The notes: generated by a model from the letters alone, not told the origin. A stretch of 64,000 nt of DNA from an uncultured Eubacteriales bacterium (GCA_964633715.1 CAZWHQ010000010.1:26263-90262); one strand, 5' to 3'. Shown: positions 37,922-48,462, counted from the first letter of the stretch. Numbers and translations: made by a program.

Positions 37922-38028
37922 ATATTCCAACAAGAAAAGATTAGATATGAAAAAAAAGAGCCGCCTATGCGGCCATTAAAGAGGTCAAGGAAAGAATTTA
38001 ATCTTAAGGTCTCATTAGGAGGGAAAAA

Positions 38029-39612
38029 ATGAAAAGACGGCAGTTCATTCATTCAGTTGGAATGGGCGTGGCCGCAATGGCTTTGCCCGGATGTCTGAAT
38101 AAAACAAAAACAGCTCAACAAAAACCCAATATTTTATTCATCATGACAGACGACCATGCCTCCCATGCTATCAGCAGCTACGGAAGCCGTATCAACACAA
38201 CACCCAATATCGACCGCATTGCAAATGAAGGCGTGAGATTCGAAAATTGCTTCTGCACCAACGGTATCTGTGCGCCGAGCAGAGCTGTTATCCTCACCGG
38301 AAAACACAGCCATCTCAACGGACTCCGGGATAACAGCCAGGTCTTTGACGGCACACAGCAGACATTCCCCAAACTTCTTCAGCAGGCCGGATACCAGACT
38401 GTTATGCTCGGCAAGTGGCACCTCAAGAGCGATCCCACAGGCTTTGACTACTGGAATATCCTTCCCGGCCAAGGCCAGTATTACAATCCCGATCTGATCG
38501 AGATGGGAGAACGGAAAAAGCACACCGGCTATGTGACAGATCTCATTACAGATATCGCCCTAGACTATCTTGAAAATAAACGGGACAAAGAGAAACCCTT
38601 TATGATGATGCTCCACCACAAGGCTCCTCACCGTAACTGGCAGCCTGCCCCTCGGCACCTGACCATGTATGACGACGTCAAGTTTCCTGAACCGGACACA
38701 CTCTTCGATGATTATTCCAACCGCTCGAAGGCAGCGGCTGAGCAGGAGATGTCGCTTCGAGACCACATGCAGGAGGCCTATGATCTGAAAATGGAACCTG
38801 CGCCTAAACGACTCAATGATGAACAGCGGGCTGCATGGGAAGCGGCCTACGGGCCCAAGAGAGAGGCCTTCGAACGGGATAATCCGCAGGGCGATGACCT
38901 CGTGCGGTGGAAATACCAACGGTATATGCAAGATTACCTGGGCTGCATAGCCGCCGTAGACGAAAATATCGGGCGCGTGCTGGACTTTCTGGAATCATCC
39001 AGTCTGGCAGAGAACACAATTGTGCTCTACACATCAGATCAGGGATTTTATTTGGGTGACCATGGCTGGTTCGACAAGCGCTTCATGTACGAAGAATCCC
39101 TCCGGATGCCTTTATTAGCCATGTCTCCAGGAAAAACAAGACCAGGATCGACCAACGCCGAACTGGTCCAAAATCTCGATTTTGCCCCAACTTTCCTCGA
39201 ACTGGCCGGAGTGGATATCCCAAAAGACATGCAGGGCCTATCCCTGGCAGGTTTTCTGCAAAACAAATCCCCCGGTAGGTGGAGGGAATCCATCTATTAC
39301 CACTACTACGAATACCCTGCTGTCCACATGGTGAAACGTCACTATGGCATCCGGACGAAACAATACAAACTCATGCACTATTATCACGATATCGATGCCT
39401 GGGAATTGTATGATTTAAAAAACGATCCACACGAACTCAACAATGTTTATGACAATCCAGACTATGCCGCTGTTATCACGGAGCTTAAGGCCGAACTGAA
39501 GCGGCTTCAAACAATGTATGGGGATTCAGACGAATTATCACAGAAACTCCTCGCAGAGGATATGGAAAGAAGGCGTAAGGCTCAGGAAGCCCGCAAAAAG
39601 AAATTAATTTAA
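38029..39612 (+). CDS. Sulfatase, formylglycine-dependent, with a Tat-like signal.
   Basis: Contains [20 protein letters not shown], the CAPSR formylglycine motif in [18 protein letters not shown], and GKWHL. The N-terminus [22 protein letters not shown] is Tat-like. Confidence 0.85.
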   Translation: MKRRQFIHSVGMGVAAMALPGCLNKTKTAQQKPNILFIMTDDHASHAISSYGSRINTTPNIDRIANEGVRFENCFCTNGICAPSRAVILTGKHSHLNGLRDNSQVFDGTQQTFPKLLQQAGYQTVMLGKWHLKSDPTGFDYWNILPGQGQYYNPDLIEMGERKKHTGYVTDLITDIALDYLENKRDKEKPFMMMLHHKAPHRNWQPAPRHLTMYDDVKFPEPDTLFDDYSNRSKAAAEQEMSLRDHMQEAYDLKMEPAPKRLNDEQRAAWEAAYGPKREAFERDNPQGDDLVRWKYQRYMQDYLGCIAAVDENIGRVLDFLESSSLAENTIVLYTSDQGFYLGDHGWFDKRFMYEESLRMPLLAMSPGKTRPGSTNAELVQNLDFAPTFLELAGVDIPKDMQGLSLAGFLQNKSPGRWRESIYYHYYEYPAVHMVKRHYGIRTKQYKLMHYYHDIDAWELYDLKNDPHELNNVYDNPDYAAVITELKAELKRLQTMYGDSDELSQKLLAEDMERRRKAQEARKKKLI

Positions 39613-39693
39613 TCTTCTTTGGAGGAACGGTACAGAGAATAGACAAATCCTCCTATACAAACACCGAAGATTAAAATCATCGTGATTAGGGTT

Positions 39694-41214
39694 TCAATTT
39701 CCATTATTTTCACTAAACATTTTTTTTGTGATGACTTTATTAAAGACGATAAACACGGTTATGGCCACAGCCCACTGAAAGAGGACCGTGCCCACCGAAG
39801 TTGTAGCAAATATCTTCAACCAATTTCCCGGATTGGCAGAATAGCTGTCCCAGAACCACCAGACAAGCATGGCCACTAATTGGAGAGGCAGAAAAAACAT
39901 CACGAGGTAATCAAACCATTTTCCAATCTTGATCTTTTTCTCAGAAGTGGAAATGATCTCTTCACGGAACTTCTTTGGTCCAACTTTTAATACAAGGATT
40001 ATCAGGAACGCTCCACTCACCATGAGTCCAAGCCCCCACACCCAATCCTGATTGTTAAAAAAGCCGATACTGATAGCAGAAGGAAGTCCCATAAGAAAAC
40101 ATCCTGCACCAACAATGACCACCGCTTTTTTTCTTGTGAGACCAGAGTCGATAAAAATTCTGCTTATAAGCTCAAGCTGAGCAATCAATGAGGAAAAGGC
40201 GGCAAAACATAGAGCCAAAAAGAAAAGGGCGAGAAAAAAGGAACCCGAGGGGATTTTCGAAAAGAGAATAGGGAGCCATTTAAAGGTCAATCCTTCATTG
40301 CCTTGCTGCATGACTCCAATGACACTCTCTTTGGCCATGTTTTGACCAGCAAAAAAAGAAAAAACTGTTGGGATAACCACAAGGGCAGCCAGGAGAGAAG
40401 CGACATAGTCTCCGAATCCAAGAGTCGTAGAGGTCAAGACGGGATTTTCTTTTCTCCGGGAGTAAACTCCATAGGTCAGCATCAAACCCCATCCTGCGCC
40501 TGTGGACCAGGCAGCTTGACTCAATGCGTTCAACCAGATTTTTAGATTCCCCAGCTGCGAGAGATTTGGAGAAAAAAGAAAATTCAATCCCTGTACAGCA
40601 CCCGGAAGAGTTAAAGAGCGAGCCACCGCGATCAGCAGCAGAATAAGAAGAGAAGGGATAAGAATCTTGTTGGCCCTTTCAATGCCTTTGATTACTCCAA
40701 AATAGATGATCGAACATCCGATAAAAATAGCAATAAAATGAAAGGCCACCGGTTCCCATGAAGATTGGAAGGCCTCCCAATACTGATTGGGCTCTTTTTT
40801 GATCAATCCTTGAAAACATGTGGCAAAAAAATATTTCACACACCAGCCTGTGACAACAGTGTAATAAAATGTGATAGCGGCAGTCACAAAGGTGACAAAC
40901 GTCCCCATCCATGCAAAATTTTTTCCCATCAGTTTTCCAAAAGAACCAACCACTCCCATACGGGTTTTTTTCCCAATGGACAATTCAATGGTCAGCAGAG
41001 GCAGGGCCCAGACGAAAAGAAAAATAATCCAAGCGATCATGAATGCACCGCCGCCGTACTGAGAGACAATCCGAGGAAAACGCCACAGGTTCCCCGTGCC
41101 CACAGCCATTCCCAAACCCGCAAAAATGATTCCCCAGCGTGAAAAGGATTCTTTTTTACTCATGTCAAGAACTTTACTTATAGGGACATGTTCTGTCAAA
41201 TAAAAATAATTCAA
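39694..41214 (-). CDS. Sodium-dependent transporter, NSS (SNF) family.
   Basis: Contains GLGMAVGTGNLWRFPRIVSQYGGGAFMIAW, the NSS signature. About 12 TM helices. Confidence 0.85.
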   Translation of the reverse strand: MNYFYLTEHVPISKVLDMSKKESFSRWGIIFAGLGMAVGTGNLWRFPRIVSQYGGGAFMIAWIIFLFVWALPLLTIELSIGKKTRMGVVGSFGKLMGKNFAWMGTFVTFVTAAITFYYTVVTGWCVKYFFATCFQGLIKKEPNQYWEAFQSSWEPVAFHFIAIFIGCSIIYFGVIKGIERANKILIPSLLILLLIAVARSLTLPGAVQGLNFLFSPNLSQLGNLKIWLNALSQAAWSTGAGWGLMLTYGVYSRRKENPVLTSTTLGFGDYVASLLAALVVIPTVFSFFAGQNMAKESVIGVMQQGNEGLTFKWLPILFSKIPSGSFFLALFFLALCFAAFSSLIAQLELISRIFIDSGLTRKKAVVIVGAGCFLMGLPSAISIGFFNNQDWVWGLGLMVSGAFLIILVLKVGPKKFREEIISTSEKKIKIGKWFDYLVMFFLPLQLVAMLVWWFWDSYSANPGNWLKIFATTSVGTVLFQWAVAITVFIVFNKVITKKMFSENNGN

Positions 41215-41300
41215 GGAAATTTTAGCATTACAGGGCCAGTCGTGTTATGATTCAGGATAATTGGGATAATTTCAGATTTAATTGAAGAAGGAGTGAATCG

Positions 41301-41693
41301 ATGGATTTTAACATTCCAGTGAATGTTTCTTCCAGTCAATCACTGATTGTGGATCAAGAGCATACAGCAAAAATCCTTGGATCGGGACAGGTCGAAGTAC
41401 TGGCCACTCCAATGATGATCGCACTCATGGAATCAGCAGCGCTCATTGCGGCACAAGTCTATCTTCCTCATGATTGGACAACAGTGGGCACCAAAGTCAA
41501 TATCGAACACCTTCGACCAACTCCGCTGGGGAAACGGATCTCAGCCAAGGCCACTCTTGTGAAAATTGATGGGCGGAGACTCCATTTTCAGGTCGAGGCC
41601 CGCGATAATCATGGCCTCATCGGACAGGGAACGCATGAGCGTTTTGTCATTCAGAACGAAAAGTTTATGAATAAGGTCAACGGCCAAAAATAA
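41301..41693 (+). CDS. Hotdog-fold thioesterase (FlK / 4HBT-like).
   Basis: 130 aa. The pattern LGSGQVEVLATPMMIALME...TVGTKVNIEHLRPTPLG matches the thioesterase superfamily. Confidence 0.7.
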   Translation: MDFNIPVNVSSSQSLIVDQEHTAKILGSGQVEVLATPMMIALMESAALIAAQVYLPHDWTTVGTKVNIEHLRPTPLGKRISAKATLVKIDGRRLHFQVEARDNHGLIGQGTHERFVIQNEKFMNKVNGQK

Positions 41694-41718
41694 AAATCTG
41701 CCGTTTCGTTCTATTTTT

Positions 41719-43605
41719 CTAATTGCCTACCTTAATATTGACTCGTTTCTTGTCCATTCCTCCATTTTTAGACTGGATAGTCAATTCCACCCAGCCCGAA
41801 GAACCGTTTATCTCAACCAAAGCACAAAATCGAAGAGTCTGCTTTCCCTGGAGCCGGAATTCGGCCGCTCCTTTGATCATCGCTTCACTTGAAGTGGTGT
41901 TATTCAGAGGATCGACAATTGTTGAACCCTTCGGGATGTCGACGACAGTGATATTGTTCGAGGAACTGAGCGTAAGTTTATCCTTGACTGCTCTTTTGAG
42001 CTGAACGGACCTATCTGAGGCAGTGGGATATACCCTGTCGTTTTTGACCTTCACTTCAATCCAGTACAAGTTTTGAGTCGCCGGTGTAACGGTCACTTCA
42101 TCGATCTCGACTTTCGGAAACTGACTGGCACAGTAAAGGACATACTGAGTATTTTTGAATGTTTCCTGCTCGATGTACCTGGAGGGAGGCGTCCGCTGTG
42201 TGTGTTTTTTCTGGGATCCACCTATCCAGATCTCCCCCAAATCAGGATGGTTGAACTTGTGCGGATTGATCCATCCTTCACCTGCCAGTTCGATATCGAT
42301 CCATTTGAGGGTTTCCTCATCTGTAACTCTCCCGTCACCGTTCTCGTCAGCATCAAAGGCCGGAGATCCCCACAATTCAATAAGATAGGAATAGGCTCCA
42401 AGCATGTAATAGGTTGTTGCATGGGCTTGTCCGCTGAGCCCTGCAATCGTTGCCCGGTAATTTTTCAGGATACGTGCTCCCATTGTTGCTATCTCTGTTT
42501 GAACATTCATGTCGTGCTGGTAAATGGGAGCCACCTGGCGGTCGAATAGCTGCGCGTATTTATTTGTTTGGCGCATGGCTTCCAAGCGCTGCACCATTAT
42601 TTGCTGCTGGCGCTGCTGCTGCTGAGCGGTTTGGGTCCTTGCCTGTACAGCCGGAGGGGCCTGGAACATGATGATCCGACCTGTGTTGTGGTAGTGAAAA
42701 CTGGCAAAAATATTGGGATGGGCCAGTTGAAATTCGACGACATTTCGGGTTTCAGGTTCAGAGAGGGGATAAAATTCACCTGCTTGAAGAGTCCAACCAT
42801 ACGGGGTGTTTCTGTTTGGATCAGGACCTCCTATATCATCCTCGTTGATCATCCCGTCGCCGTCATTATCAAATCCCTCAGAACCGATCCTTCGGAATCT
42901 GAGAACATCTTCCTTCTCATCTATAACCGGCACAAAACGGCGTTTATCGGGAGAAAGTTTGTAAGTTCCCTCTGGATCCTCGATGTACATGGTGGAAAGT
43001 TCACCGTCACCGTCGACATCCTCAGTCTGATCCTCATCATACAGCCCGTCCTTGTCATTGTCCTCAGGTCGATAAGGTTCCCGGGGATTATTGGGTGTAT
43101 TAGGAAAGGCCACAAATGAGTCGTTGGCATCCACATTCAAACCGGGAAGGATGTAAAATGTCGTGCTGTTGACGATATCATAAACGTAAGGATCATAGTC
43201 ATATCTCGTCAGCAGGTACCACATAATATAAAGCGAGCACATGACTCCATTGACCTCGTTTCCGTGTATAGCCCCATCGACCCACATCGCACGCTTGGAT
43301 GCATGATCTCCCGTTGATTTGGCGGTAATGGTGATGAGGTATTGATCACGGCCCATCCGGCTCTTGCCGATGCTTTCGATATCTGCCAAATGGGGATACT
43401 TTTTCTGGATATCGTGCAAAATCTTGGTCCAATCCGCATAGGAATAATATTGCTTCCAGCTTATGGGAAAGTCCAGTTCTCCATGGTATCCGCCAGGACT
43501 TTTCTGAAGTTTCTTCTGTGCAAAAACCACTGGAGAAAAACAGATCAAAAGGAAAAGGGCTAAGGATGCGGCTGTAATGGTTTTTAAAATAGTTTTCTTG
43601 TTCAT
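41719..43605 (-). CDS. M14 family zinc carboxypeptidase, secreted, with C-terminal beta-sandwich domains.
   Basis: Signal peptide. The M14 zinc-binding HxxE motif is present as IHGNEVNG. Confidence 0.8.
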   Translation of the reverse strand: MNKKTILKTITAASLALFLLICFSPVVFAQKKLQKSPGGYHGELDFPISWKQYYSYADWTKILHDIQKKYPHLADIESIGKSRMGRDQYLITITAKSTGDHASKRAMWVDGAIHGNEVNGVMCSLYIMWYLLTRYDYDPYVYDIVNSTTFYILPGLNVDANDSFVAFPNTPNNPREPYRPEDNDKDGLYDEDQTEDVDGDGELSTMYIEDPEGTYKLSPDKRRFVPVIDEKEDVLRFRRIGSEGFDNDGDGMINEDDIGGPDPNRNTPYGWTLQAGEFYPLSEPETRNVVEFQLAHPNIFASFHYHNTGRIIMFQAPPAVQARTQTAQQQQRQQQIMVQRLEAMRQTNKYAQLFDRQVAPIYQHDMNVQTEIATMGARILKNYRATIAGLSGQAHATTYYMLGAYSYLIELWGSPAFDADENGDGRVTDEETLKWIDIELAGEGWINPHKFNHPDLGEIWIGGSQKKHTQRTPPSRYIEQETFKNTQYVLYCASQFPKVEIDEVTVTPATQNLYWIEVKVKNDRVYPTASDRSVQLKRAVKDKLTLSSSNNITVVDIPKGSTIVDPLNNTTSSEAMIKGAAEFRLQGKQTLRFCALVEINGSSGWVELTIQSKNGGMDKKRVNIKVGN

Positions 43606-45746
43606 CTTGCACCTCCACTTTTAATGTCCAGTTCTTTGACTTTTGTGCCGCCCTTCTGCGAAGTAAAAACAATCTTAAGTGGTGTATCCCCCTCTACAGC
43701 AATCAGCCATTTTACAGTGCGTTTTGCGCCTGGTTGGTTGACTTGAGTCGGTTGAAATCGCGACCCAAACCGCCTCTGCATTTGCATAGGCATAGCCGGC
43801 ATCATCTGCTGCATTTGAGGTTGTCCCTGGCTAGAACCTGCAGCCCCTCTCCCTGAAAAACCGGGAATACTCATGGTTCCCTCCAACACACCGAGCTGTT
43901 GAAAGGCCGTTCCCTGTAAATATGTGATTTTGTCGCGATCCCCAACAAGCCAGACCACATCCTGTCTGTTTTCAGGGATCTGGGCGCCCCTTGCAATATG
44001 AGTGGCCAATTTCCCTTTGTTCTCAATGGTTGCCGTCACTTCAACTATTTTGTACCTTCCAACTGATTTTCCTTTTTTAACTGTCACTTGATCACCTTTC
44101 TGAGCCACGTCAGCCTCACTGGCATTATTTGCCGTATAAAGTACTTTCGCCTTGGCATCACTGATGACGATATCTGGTTGAAGTCCAGCTCTAAAAAGCT
44201 CAAACTTCCAGTGATTATCACAGACGTATCGTAAAGGGTCCCCAGGCAGTGCATTGCTCTGGTATTTGGGAATCCATCCGCCAATCTCACCTTCACCCAA
44301 TTCAGGATGGTTATAGGCCTTCCAGGGGACAAACAATTTGCCCCCATATTTTTCATCCTGGTATTTCATCAGAGCTCTTTGTTGACCTGTCCTGCCACTC
44401 TGGCCTTCAAGCTGGGGAAAATCCTTTATATCTTTCGCCGGATTCCAGAGTTCAGTGGTTAAAGCATAAATCCCAAGCTGCACATACATCCAATCGGTGG
44501 CCATCCCATAGGAATACCTTTGGTCGCGGTCTTCGTTGTAGCTAACCCTCCAGCCCCGGGGAAGATCATAACCGCGCATAAGGTCATATTTGTTGCTGCC
44601 CGGTGCTTTGAGTTCGGCCTTCAGCGCAGGGATCTTTGCGGGGGACTTCCAGGCTTCGGGAACCTCTTCACCAATGATTTCCAGGTACTTCTTACCCATA
44701 ATAAAGTCTAAAATAGCCACATCTTTGGGATGCATGGCGGTATGCGGGGCCGTCCCCATGGGCCTGTAGGTAAATCCACCAGAAGTATGGTAGTTCTGGG
44801 CTAAAAGGATGTTCGTATGGTTCATAAAAAATTCGGCCTGGGCATGAACCTCCGGAGAAGAGGTCGGGTAAGCGCCAGAACCCCCTGGCATGGTGTCATT
44901 CCACCATCCCTCGGGATAATTGCGATTGAGATCGATTCCTCTCTCCGGATCTTCTCCGTGTTTTCCATCGCCATCGTTATCCTTATCTTCCCGAATAACA
45001 GAATACCGCTGCTTTTCAGTTTTTTCATTCTGTCCAACCCGAACCATTATACGAGGATCTTCATCATCGAGAATATAACCGCCTTCTGGATCTTTGTAGC
45101 GGAATTGTGTGATAAAACCGTCCCCATTCAAATCATCAAGGTCATCCTCATTGATCTTGCCATCTCCATCATCATCAATTTTTTGGCTGTTCTGTCTCTG
45201 CGATATTCCTCTTTCAACACTATTGTAGAGTCCATCCGGATTGACAACCGGGCAGATGTAAAATGTTTGGTTATCAATAATCCGTGTGATTTCCTGATCC
45301 GATCCGTAACCGGAAACCAGTTTATCGATGGAATAAAGGCAAACCTCTGTTCCTGTGTACTCATTCCCGTGTGTGGTTCCACAAATCCAGAAGCCAGGTT
45401 TTCCCTGGTATGGCTTCATAGGTTTAACATTTTTCACATTTTCCTTGCGCGGATTACGCAGCTGCACATGGGCATCGATTGTGGTGCCTTTGTTCATGTT
45501 AGATATGACCAGCACATAAATCGACCGCCCCATCGTGCTTTTCCCAATCTCAAGAAGAGCCGTGATGTTTGGGTAGGCCTTAGCCACATCCTTGACGTAC
45601 TGCACAGTCCCGTTGTAGCCATGGTAGTCATCGAAGCTAATGGGAACTTTTTGTGCGGCAAAAACTGAGGTGGATGTCAAAATAAACACAAACATCAATG
45701 CCGCAACTGAAAAAAGCCTGAAAAATCTAGATAAGTTATACTTCAT
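43602..45746 (-). CDS. M14 family zinc carboxypeptidase, secreted; tandem paralog.
   Basis: Signal peptide. The zinc-binding motif is GTTHGNEYTG. It overlaps the downstream M14 gene by 4 bp. Confidence 0.8.
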   Translation of the reverse strand: MKYNLSRFFRLFSVAALMFVFILTSTSVFAAQKVPISFDDYHGYNGTVQYVKDVAKAYPNITALLEIGKSTMGRSIYVLVISNMNKGTTIDAHVQLRNPRKENVKNVKPMKPYQGKPGFWICGTTHGNEYTGTEVCLYSIDKLVSGYGSDQEITRIIDNQTFYICPVVNPDGLYNSVERGISQRQNSQKIDDDGDGKINEDDLDDLNGDGFITQFRYKDPEGGYILDDEDPRIMVRVGQNEKTEKQRYSVIREDKDNDGDGKHGEDPERGIDLNRNYPEGWWNDTMPGGSGAYPTSSPEVHAQAEFFMNHTNILLAQNYHTSGGFTYRPMGTAPHTAMHPKDVAILDFIMGKKYLEIIGEEVPEAWKSPAKIPALKAELKAPGSNKYDLMRGYDLPRGWRVSYNEDRDQRYSYGMATDWMYVQLGIYALTTELWNPAKDIKDFPQLEGQSGRTGQQRALMKYQDEKYGGKLFVPWKAYNHPELGEGEIGGWIPKYQSNALPGDPLRYVCDNHWKFELFRAGLQPDIVISDAKAKVLYTANNASEADVAQKGDQVTVKKGKSVGRYKIVEVTATIENKGKLATHIARGAQIPENRQDVVWLVGDRDKITYLQGTAFQQLGVLEGTMSIPGFSGRGAAGSSQGQPQMQQMMPAMPMQMQRRFGSRFQPTQVNQPGAKRTVKWLIAVEGDTPLKIVFTSQKGGTKVKELDIKSGGAR

Positions 45747-45786
45747 TGCAGACTCCCTCCTGTTAGATTTTGAAACGATTTATAGA

Positions 45787-45820
45787 ATAATCCATCCTCT
45801 TAAGATGTATGATGGATTAT
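45787..45820. repeat. Perfect 10-bp inverted repeat with a 14-nt spacer (ataatccatc N14 gatggattat) in the M14 promoter region.
   Basis: Read directly: 45787-45796 and 45811-45820 are exact reverse complements of each other. No adjacent U-tract is present, so it is more likely an operator than a terminator. Confidence 0.4.
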
Positions 45821-45916
45821 ATCGAAAAATTATCGAAAGAGGGAAGGAAAACTTTTTTATAGTGGGATGAATTCTGGAAGAATCACATTATTAGTGGGTA
45901 CACAGCCGTTTGATCG

Positions 45917-46168
45917 CTATTGAATGAAGCGCTGCCAACGCCTGGTTGTGATATCACTTTTAACCATCTCAACCAATTCCTGTACAGGCTCTTTATCTAG
46001 GAAATCTTTGGCATTCCATTTTTTTGGAATTTTGATCTGATGCCGAAAACCGCTAGCAGGGTAATTATATAAAAAAGCAACAACATTGATGATTTGATTT
46101 TCACAGTATACCCGGATCTCGTAGTTCTTGTCTTTAAAAGGCATCTTATATTTTTTATAAAGCAGCAT
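45917..46168 (-). CDS. Small hypothetical protein, 83 aa, in an AT-rich islet.
   Basis: The ORF has a start and no family I can name. It is paired with the upstream 72-aa ORF. Confidence 0.3.
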   Translation of the reverse strand: MLLYKKYKMPFKDKNYEIRVYCENQIINVVAFLYNYPASGFRHQIKIPKKWNAKDFLDKEPVQELVEMVKSDITTRRWQRFIQ

Positions 46169-46195
46169 TTTTATCTGTTTTATGTTTCACAGAGC

Positions 46196-46414
46196 CTATA
46201 ACTCGAATTCCTCAGACTCAGCATTCTCAAATCTCTCTTTGCATTTTCCCAATTCCTTATTGACGGCTTCCCATATTTTATTGAGTTGCTTTTCATTCCA
46301 TTTGTACATACGCTTGTTTGCACATTGTGATAACTTCCTTAGACTTTCGAGGACAAGTTGAACCCGTTTTTCTGCAATGCGTTTAAAGCGCTGCTCTTTG
46401 GTTTCGCCTTTCAT
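46196..46414 (-). CDS. Small basic hypothetical protein, 72 aa, possibly a DNA-binding regulator or antitoxin.
   Basis: Lys/Arg/Glu-rich and predicted helical (MKGETKEQRFKRIAEKRVQLVLESLRKLS). AGGATC lies upstream. No named family. Confidence 0.35.
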   Translation of the reverse strand: MKGETKEQRFKRIAEKRVQLVLESLRKLSQCANKRMYKWNEKQLNKIWEAVNKELGKCKERFENAESEEFEL

Positions 46415-46470
46415 AGATCCTCCATTTTGAACTATAATTTATACACCATTCAATCTCTATCACTATTATA

Positions 46471-46514
46471 AATATAATGTTTTTTTATATAATGTCGATA
46501 TATTTAATATAATG
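46471..46514. repeat. Three direct copies of ATATAATG, spaced 16 and 19 nt apart, in the divergent promoter region.
   Basis: Copies are at 46472-46479, 46487-46494 and 46507-46514. They lie between the small-ORF pair and the aminotransferase gene. Confidence 0.35.
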
Positions 46515-46596
46515 ATAATCAAATGACTCACAAAACGGGAATTTCTCCTGTTCTTTGACCCAGCTTTTTTTCATATGATATATTTATTCATAGCAA

Positions 46597-47880
46597 ATGG
46601 AGAGAGAAAAAATGAAAAAAGAATATGAAAAAGGCCTGTATTCCAAAGAGTTAATGGAAAAAATCAGGAGCCGGTTTATATATGTCGATAGGGATCCCTA
46701 TTCGGTTAAACGGATTTTCTTTGAAGCCGCTTCAGGCTCCTTAAGACCAAAAACAGTCATCGAAGCAATGGAAAAAGAGACATGTCTGCCTGACCAGCAA
46801 GGAAGAGCGAATCCCGGATCCAACCACTCAGTTGAGGTCACGGCCAAAGGGATTGAAGACCTCATGATCTTTTTCGGGGCAAAATCCGGGCAAACTATTC
46901 CAGGGTGGAGCAGCAGCCATGTGATATACCGCATCACAAATGCGGTTCTCTCCACAATCCCCGGAACCAATGTTGTGACGACTGGCCTGGATCATGCTTC
47001 GGTCCGCAGCGCCATAACCCAGTTTGCCGCGAAGTATGGGAAAGAGGAGCGTATTGCCGAACCCAATCAAGAAACAGGTTCCGTCTCTCTGGATACAATT
47101 TTCGAAAAAATTGATCAGGACACCTGTTTTCTTGCTGTCATTCATGCCTCTAACGTTACCGGTGAAATCTATGATGTAAAAACCATTGTCAAAGAGGCCA
47201 GGAAGATAAAAGCTGATTTGTGCATCATGGTTGATGGAGTTCAGTATTCGCCAACCGATCTGATTGACGTCGAAGATATTGGAGCTGATGCTTATGTCAT
47301 AGCGCCGTATAAGAACTATGGTGTTAAAGGATGTGGATATGCCCACGTCTCAGATCGACTGGCAAAACTTCCGCATTGGAAATACGTTTTTAAGCCCGAA
47401 ACAAGTTGGGATATCGGTGGTGTAGAACATCAATCCTATGCAGCCTGGTCAGCTGTGGTGGACTATCTGTGCTGGCTTGGCGGCCATTTTACGGATTCCA
47501 CAGATCGACGCGCCCTGATTGTCGCGGCCATGAAAAGCATAAAGGCCCATTCGACAGGCCTGCTATCCACACTCATTTATGGAACGGATAAAATTGAAGG
47601 CTTCAAGGATATGAAGCATGTCACCGTCTATGGAATGGGGGAAGATCTAACAAGACATGTTTGTCTAGTAGGATTTAACCTGAAGGGAATTGAATCCACT
47701 CGAGGTTGTCAACTCTACAGAGACAAGCAGCTCAGGCTTCATGCCCCGGGACAAGATCCGTTTTTTGCGGCCATGCTTAAACAGCTCGATATACAGAGCT
47801 TTATCAGATTGTCAGCATGCCATTATAATTCACCCGAGGAGATAGAGCTTTTTCTCAAGGCTACCGCAAGTTTTGCCTAA
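46597..47880 (+). CDS. Aminotransferase class V-fold PLP-dependent enzyme (cysteine desulfurase / isopenicillin-N-epimerase-like).
   Basis: Length and block order match class V. The candidate PLP lysine lies in APYKNYGVKGCGY. HASNVTGEIYD and DGVQYSP blocks are present. Confidence 0.65.
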   Translation: MEREKMKKEYEKGLYSKELMEKIRSRFIYVDRDPYSVKRIFFEAASGSLRPKTVIEAMEKETCLPDQQGRANPGSNHSVEVTAKGIEDLMIFFGAKSGQTIPGWSSSHVIYRITNAVLSTIPGTNVVTTGLDHASVRSAITQFAAKYGKEERIAEPNQETGSVSLDTIFEKIDQDTCFLAVIHASNVTGEIYDVKTIVKEARKIKADLCIMVDGVQYSPTDLIDVEDIGADAYVIAPYKNYGVKGCGYAHVSDRLAKLPHWKYVFKPETSWDIGGVEHQSYAAWSAVVDYLCWLGGHFTDSTDRRALIVAAMKSIKAHSTGLLSTLIYGTDKIEGFKDMKHVTVYGMGEDLTRHVCLVGFNLKGIESTRGCQLYRDKQLRLHAPGQDPFFAAMLKQLDIQSFIRLSACHYNSPEEIELFLKATASFA

Positions 47881-47921
47881 CAGGAGAAAAAACGGAATGG
47901 GATCTTGGAAGAGAGGTGCAG

Positions 47922-47950
47922 TTGCGAAAATACTTTTTTTTCACTATAAT
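47922..47950 (+). promoter_or_regulatory. Sigma-70 promoter TTGCGA-N17-TATAAT upstream of the cytochrome P460 gene.
   Basis: The -35 ttgcga is at 47922-47927, the spacer is 17 nt, and the consensus -10 tataat is at 47945-47950. RBS AAAAGGAG precedes the ATG at 47986. Confidence 0.5.
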
Positions 47951-47985
47951 ATCTATATGATGACTCAAGTATAAAAAGGAGCCCA

Positions 47986-48462
47986 ATGAAAAAAGCACTT
48001 ATAAGCACTTGTGCAATTTTGGCAGTGACCTTTCTAGCTGCCCATGCCCTAGAAGACAAGATGCCGGGTCCCAATGCCGCAGAATTCTGGACCTATATCA
48101 CCGAAACTTCTCCCTATACAGAGTGGAAGTCCTGGGATGATTTTTCAGGCATCCAGCCCAGCAACTCTCCACACGGAGCCTTTGTCAGGGTCTATGTGAA
48201 CGATAACCTGTATAAAGCCGCAAGTACCCCAGTTCCCAATGGTTCTATCATTGTCAAGGAAGGCTACAACAAAGACAAAAAAATGTCAGCTCTCACGGTG
48301 ATGTACAAGATCAAGGACTATAACTCCGAGGCCGGAGACTGGTATTGGGCCCGTTTTAACACAGATGGAAAAGGCGGCCCGGAGGGAAAAGTAGCCATGT
48401 GCATCGGCTGCCACAAGCCCAAAGCCAACAACGACTACATTTTTGTCCACCAGATCAAATAA
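47986..48462 (+). CDS. Cytochrome P460 family protein (a periplasmic mono-heme c protein with a single C-terminal CXXCH).
   Basis: Signal peptide. The blocks FVRVYVND, GSIIVKEGYNKDKK, GDWYWARF and the C-terminal CIGCHKPKANNDYIFVHQ align by eye with the CytL / P460 pattern, which is FHNVYID, TVKELVS, GNWAFYIF and CAACHKENAKTDMVFTQ. Confidence 0.7.
   Translation: MKKALISTCAILAVTFLAAHALEDKMPGPNAAEFWTYITETSPYTEWKSWDDFSGIQPSNSPHGAFVRVYVNDNLYKAASTPVPNGSIIVKEGYNKDKKMSALTVMYKIKDYNSEAGDWYWARFNTDGKGGPEGKVAMCIGCHKPKANNDYIFVHQIK

Noticed and set aside
37953-37975. Hairpin gccgc-ctat-gcggc preceded by an A-run.
   Set aside because: It has only a 5-bp stem. It is oriented as a terminator for the minus strand, where no gene ends. 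It is probably incidental.
44817-45668. 283-aa plus-strand ORF.
   Set aside because: It is antisense to the second M14 carboxypeptidase gene, which has a clear HGNE motif. The ORF itself is hydrophobic junk.
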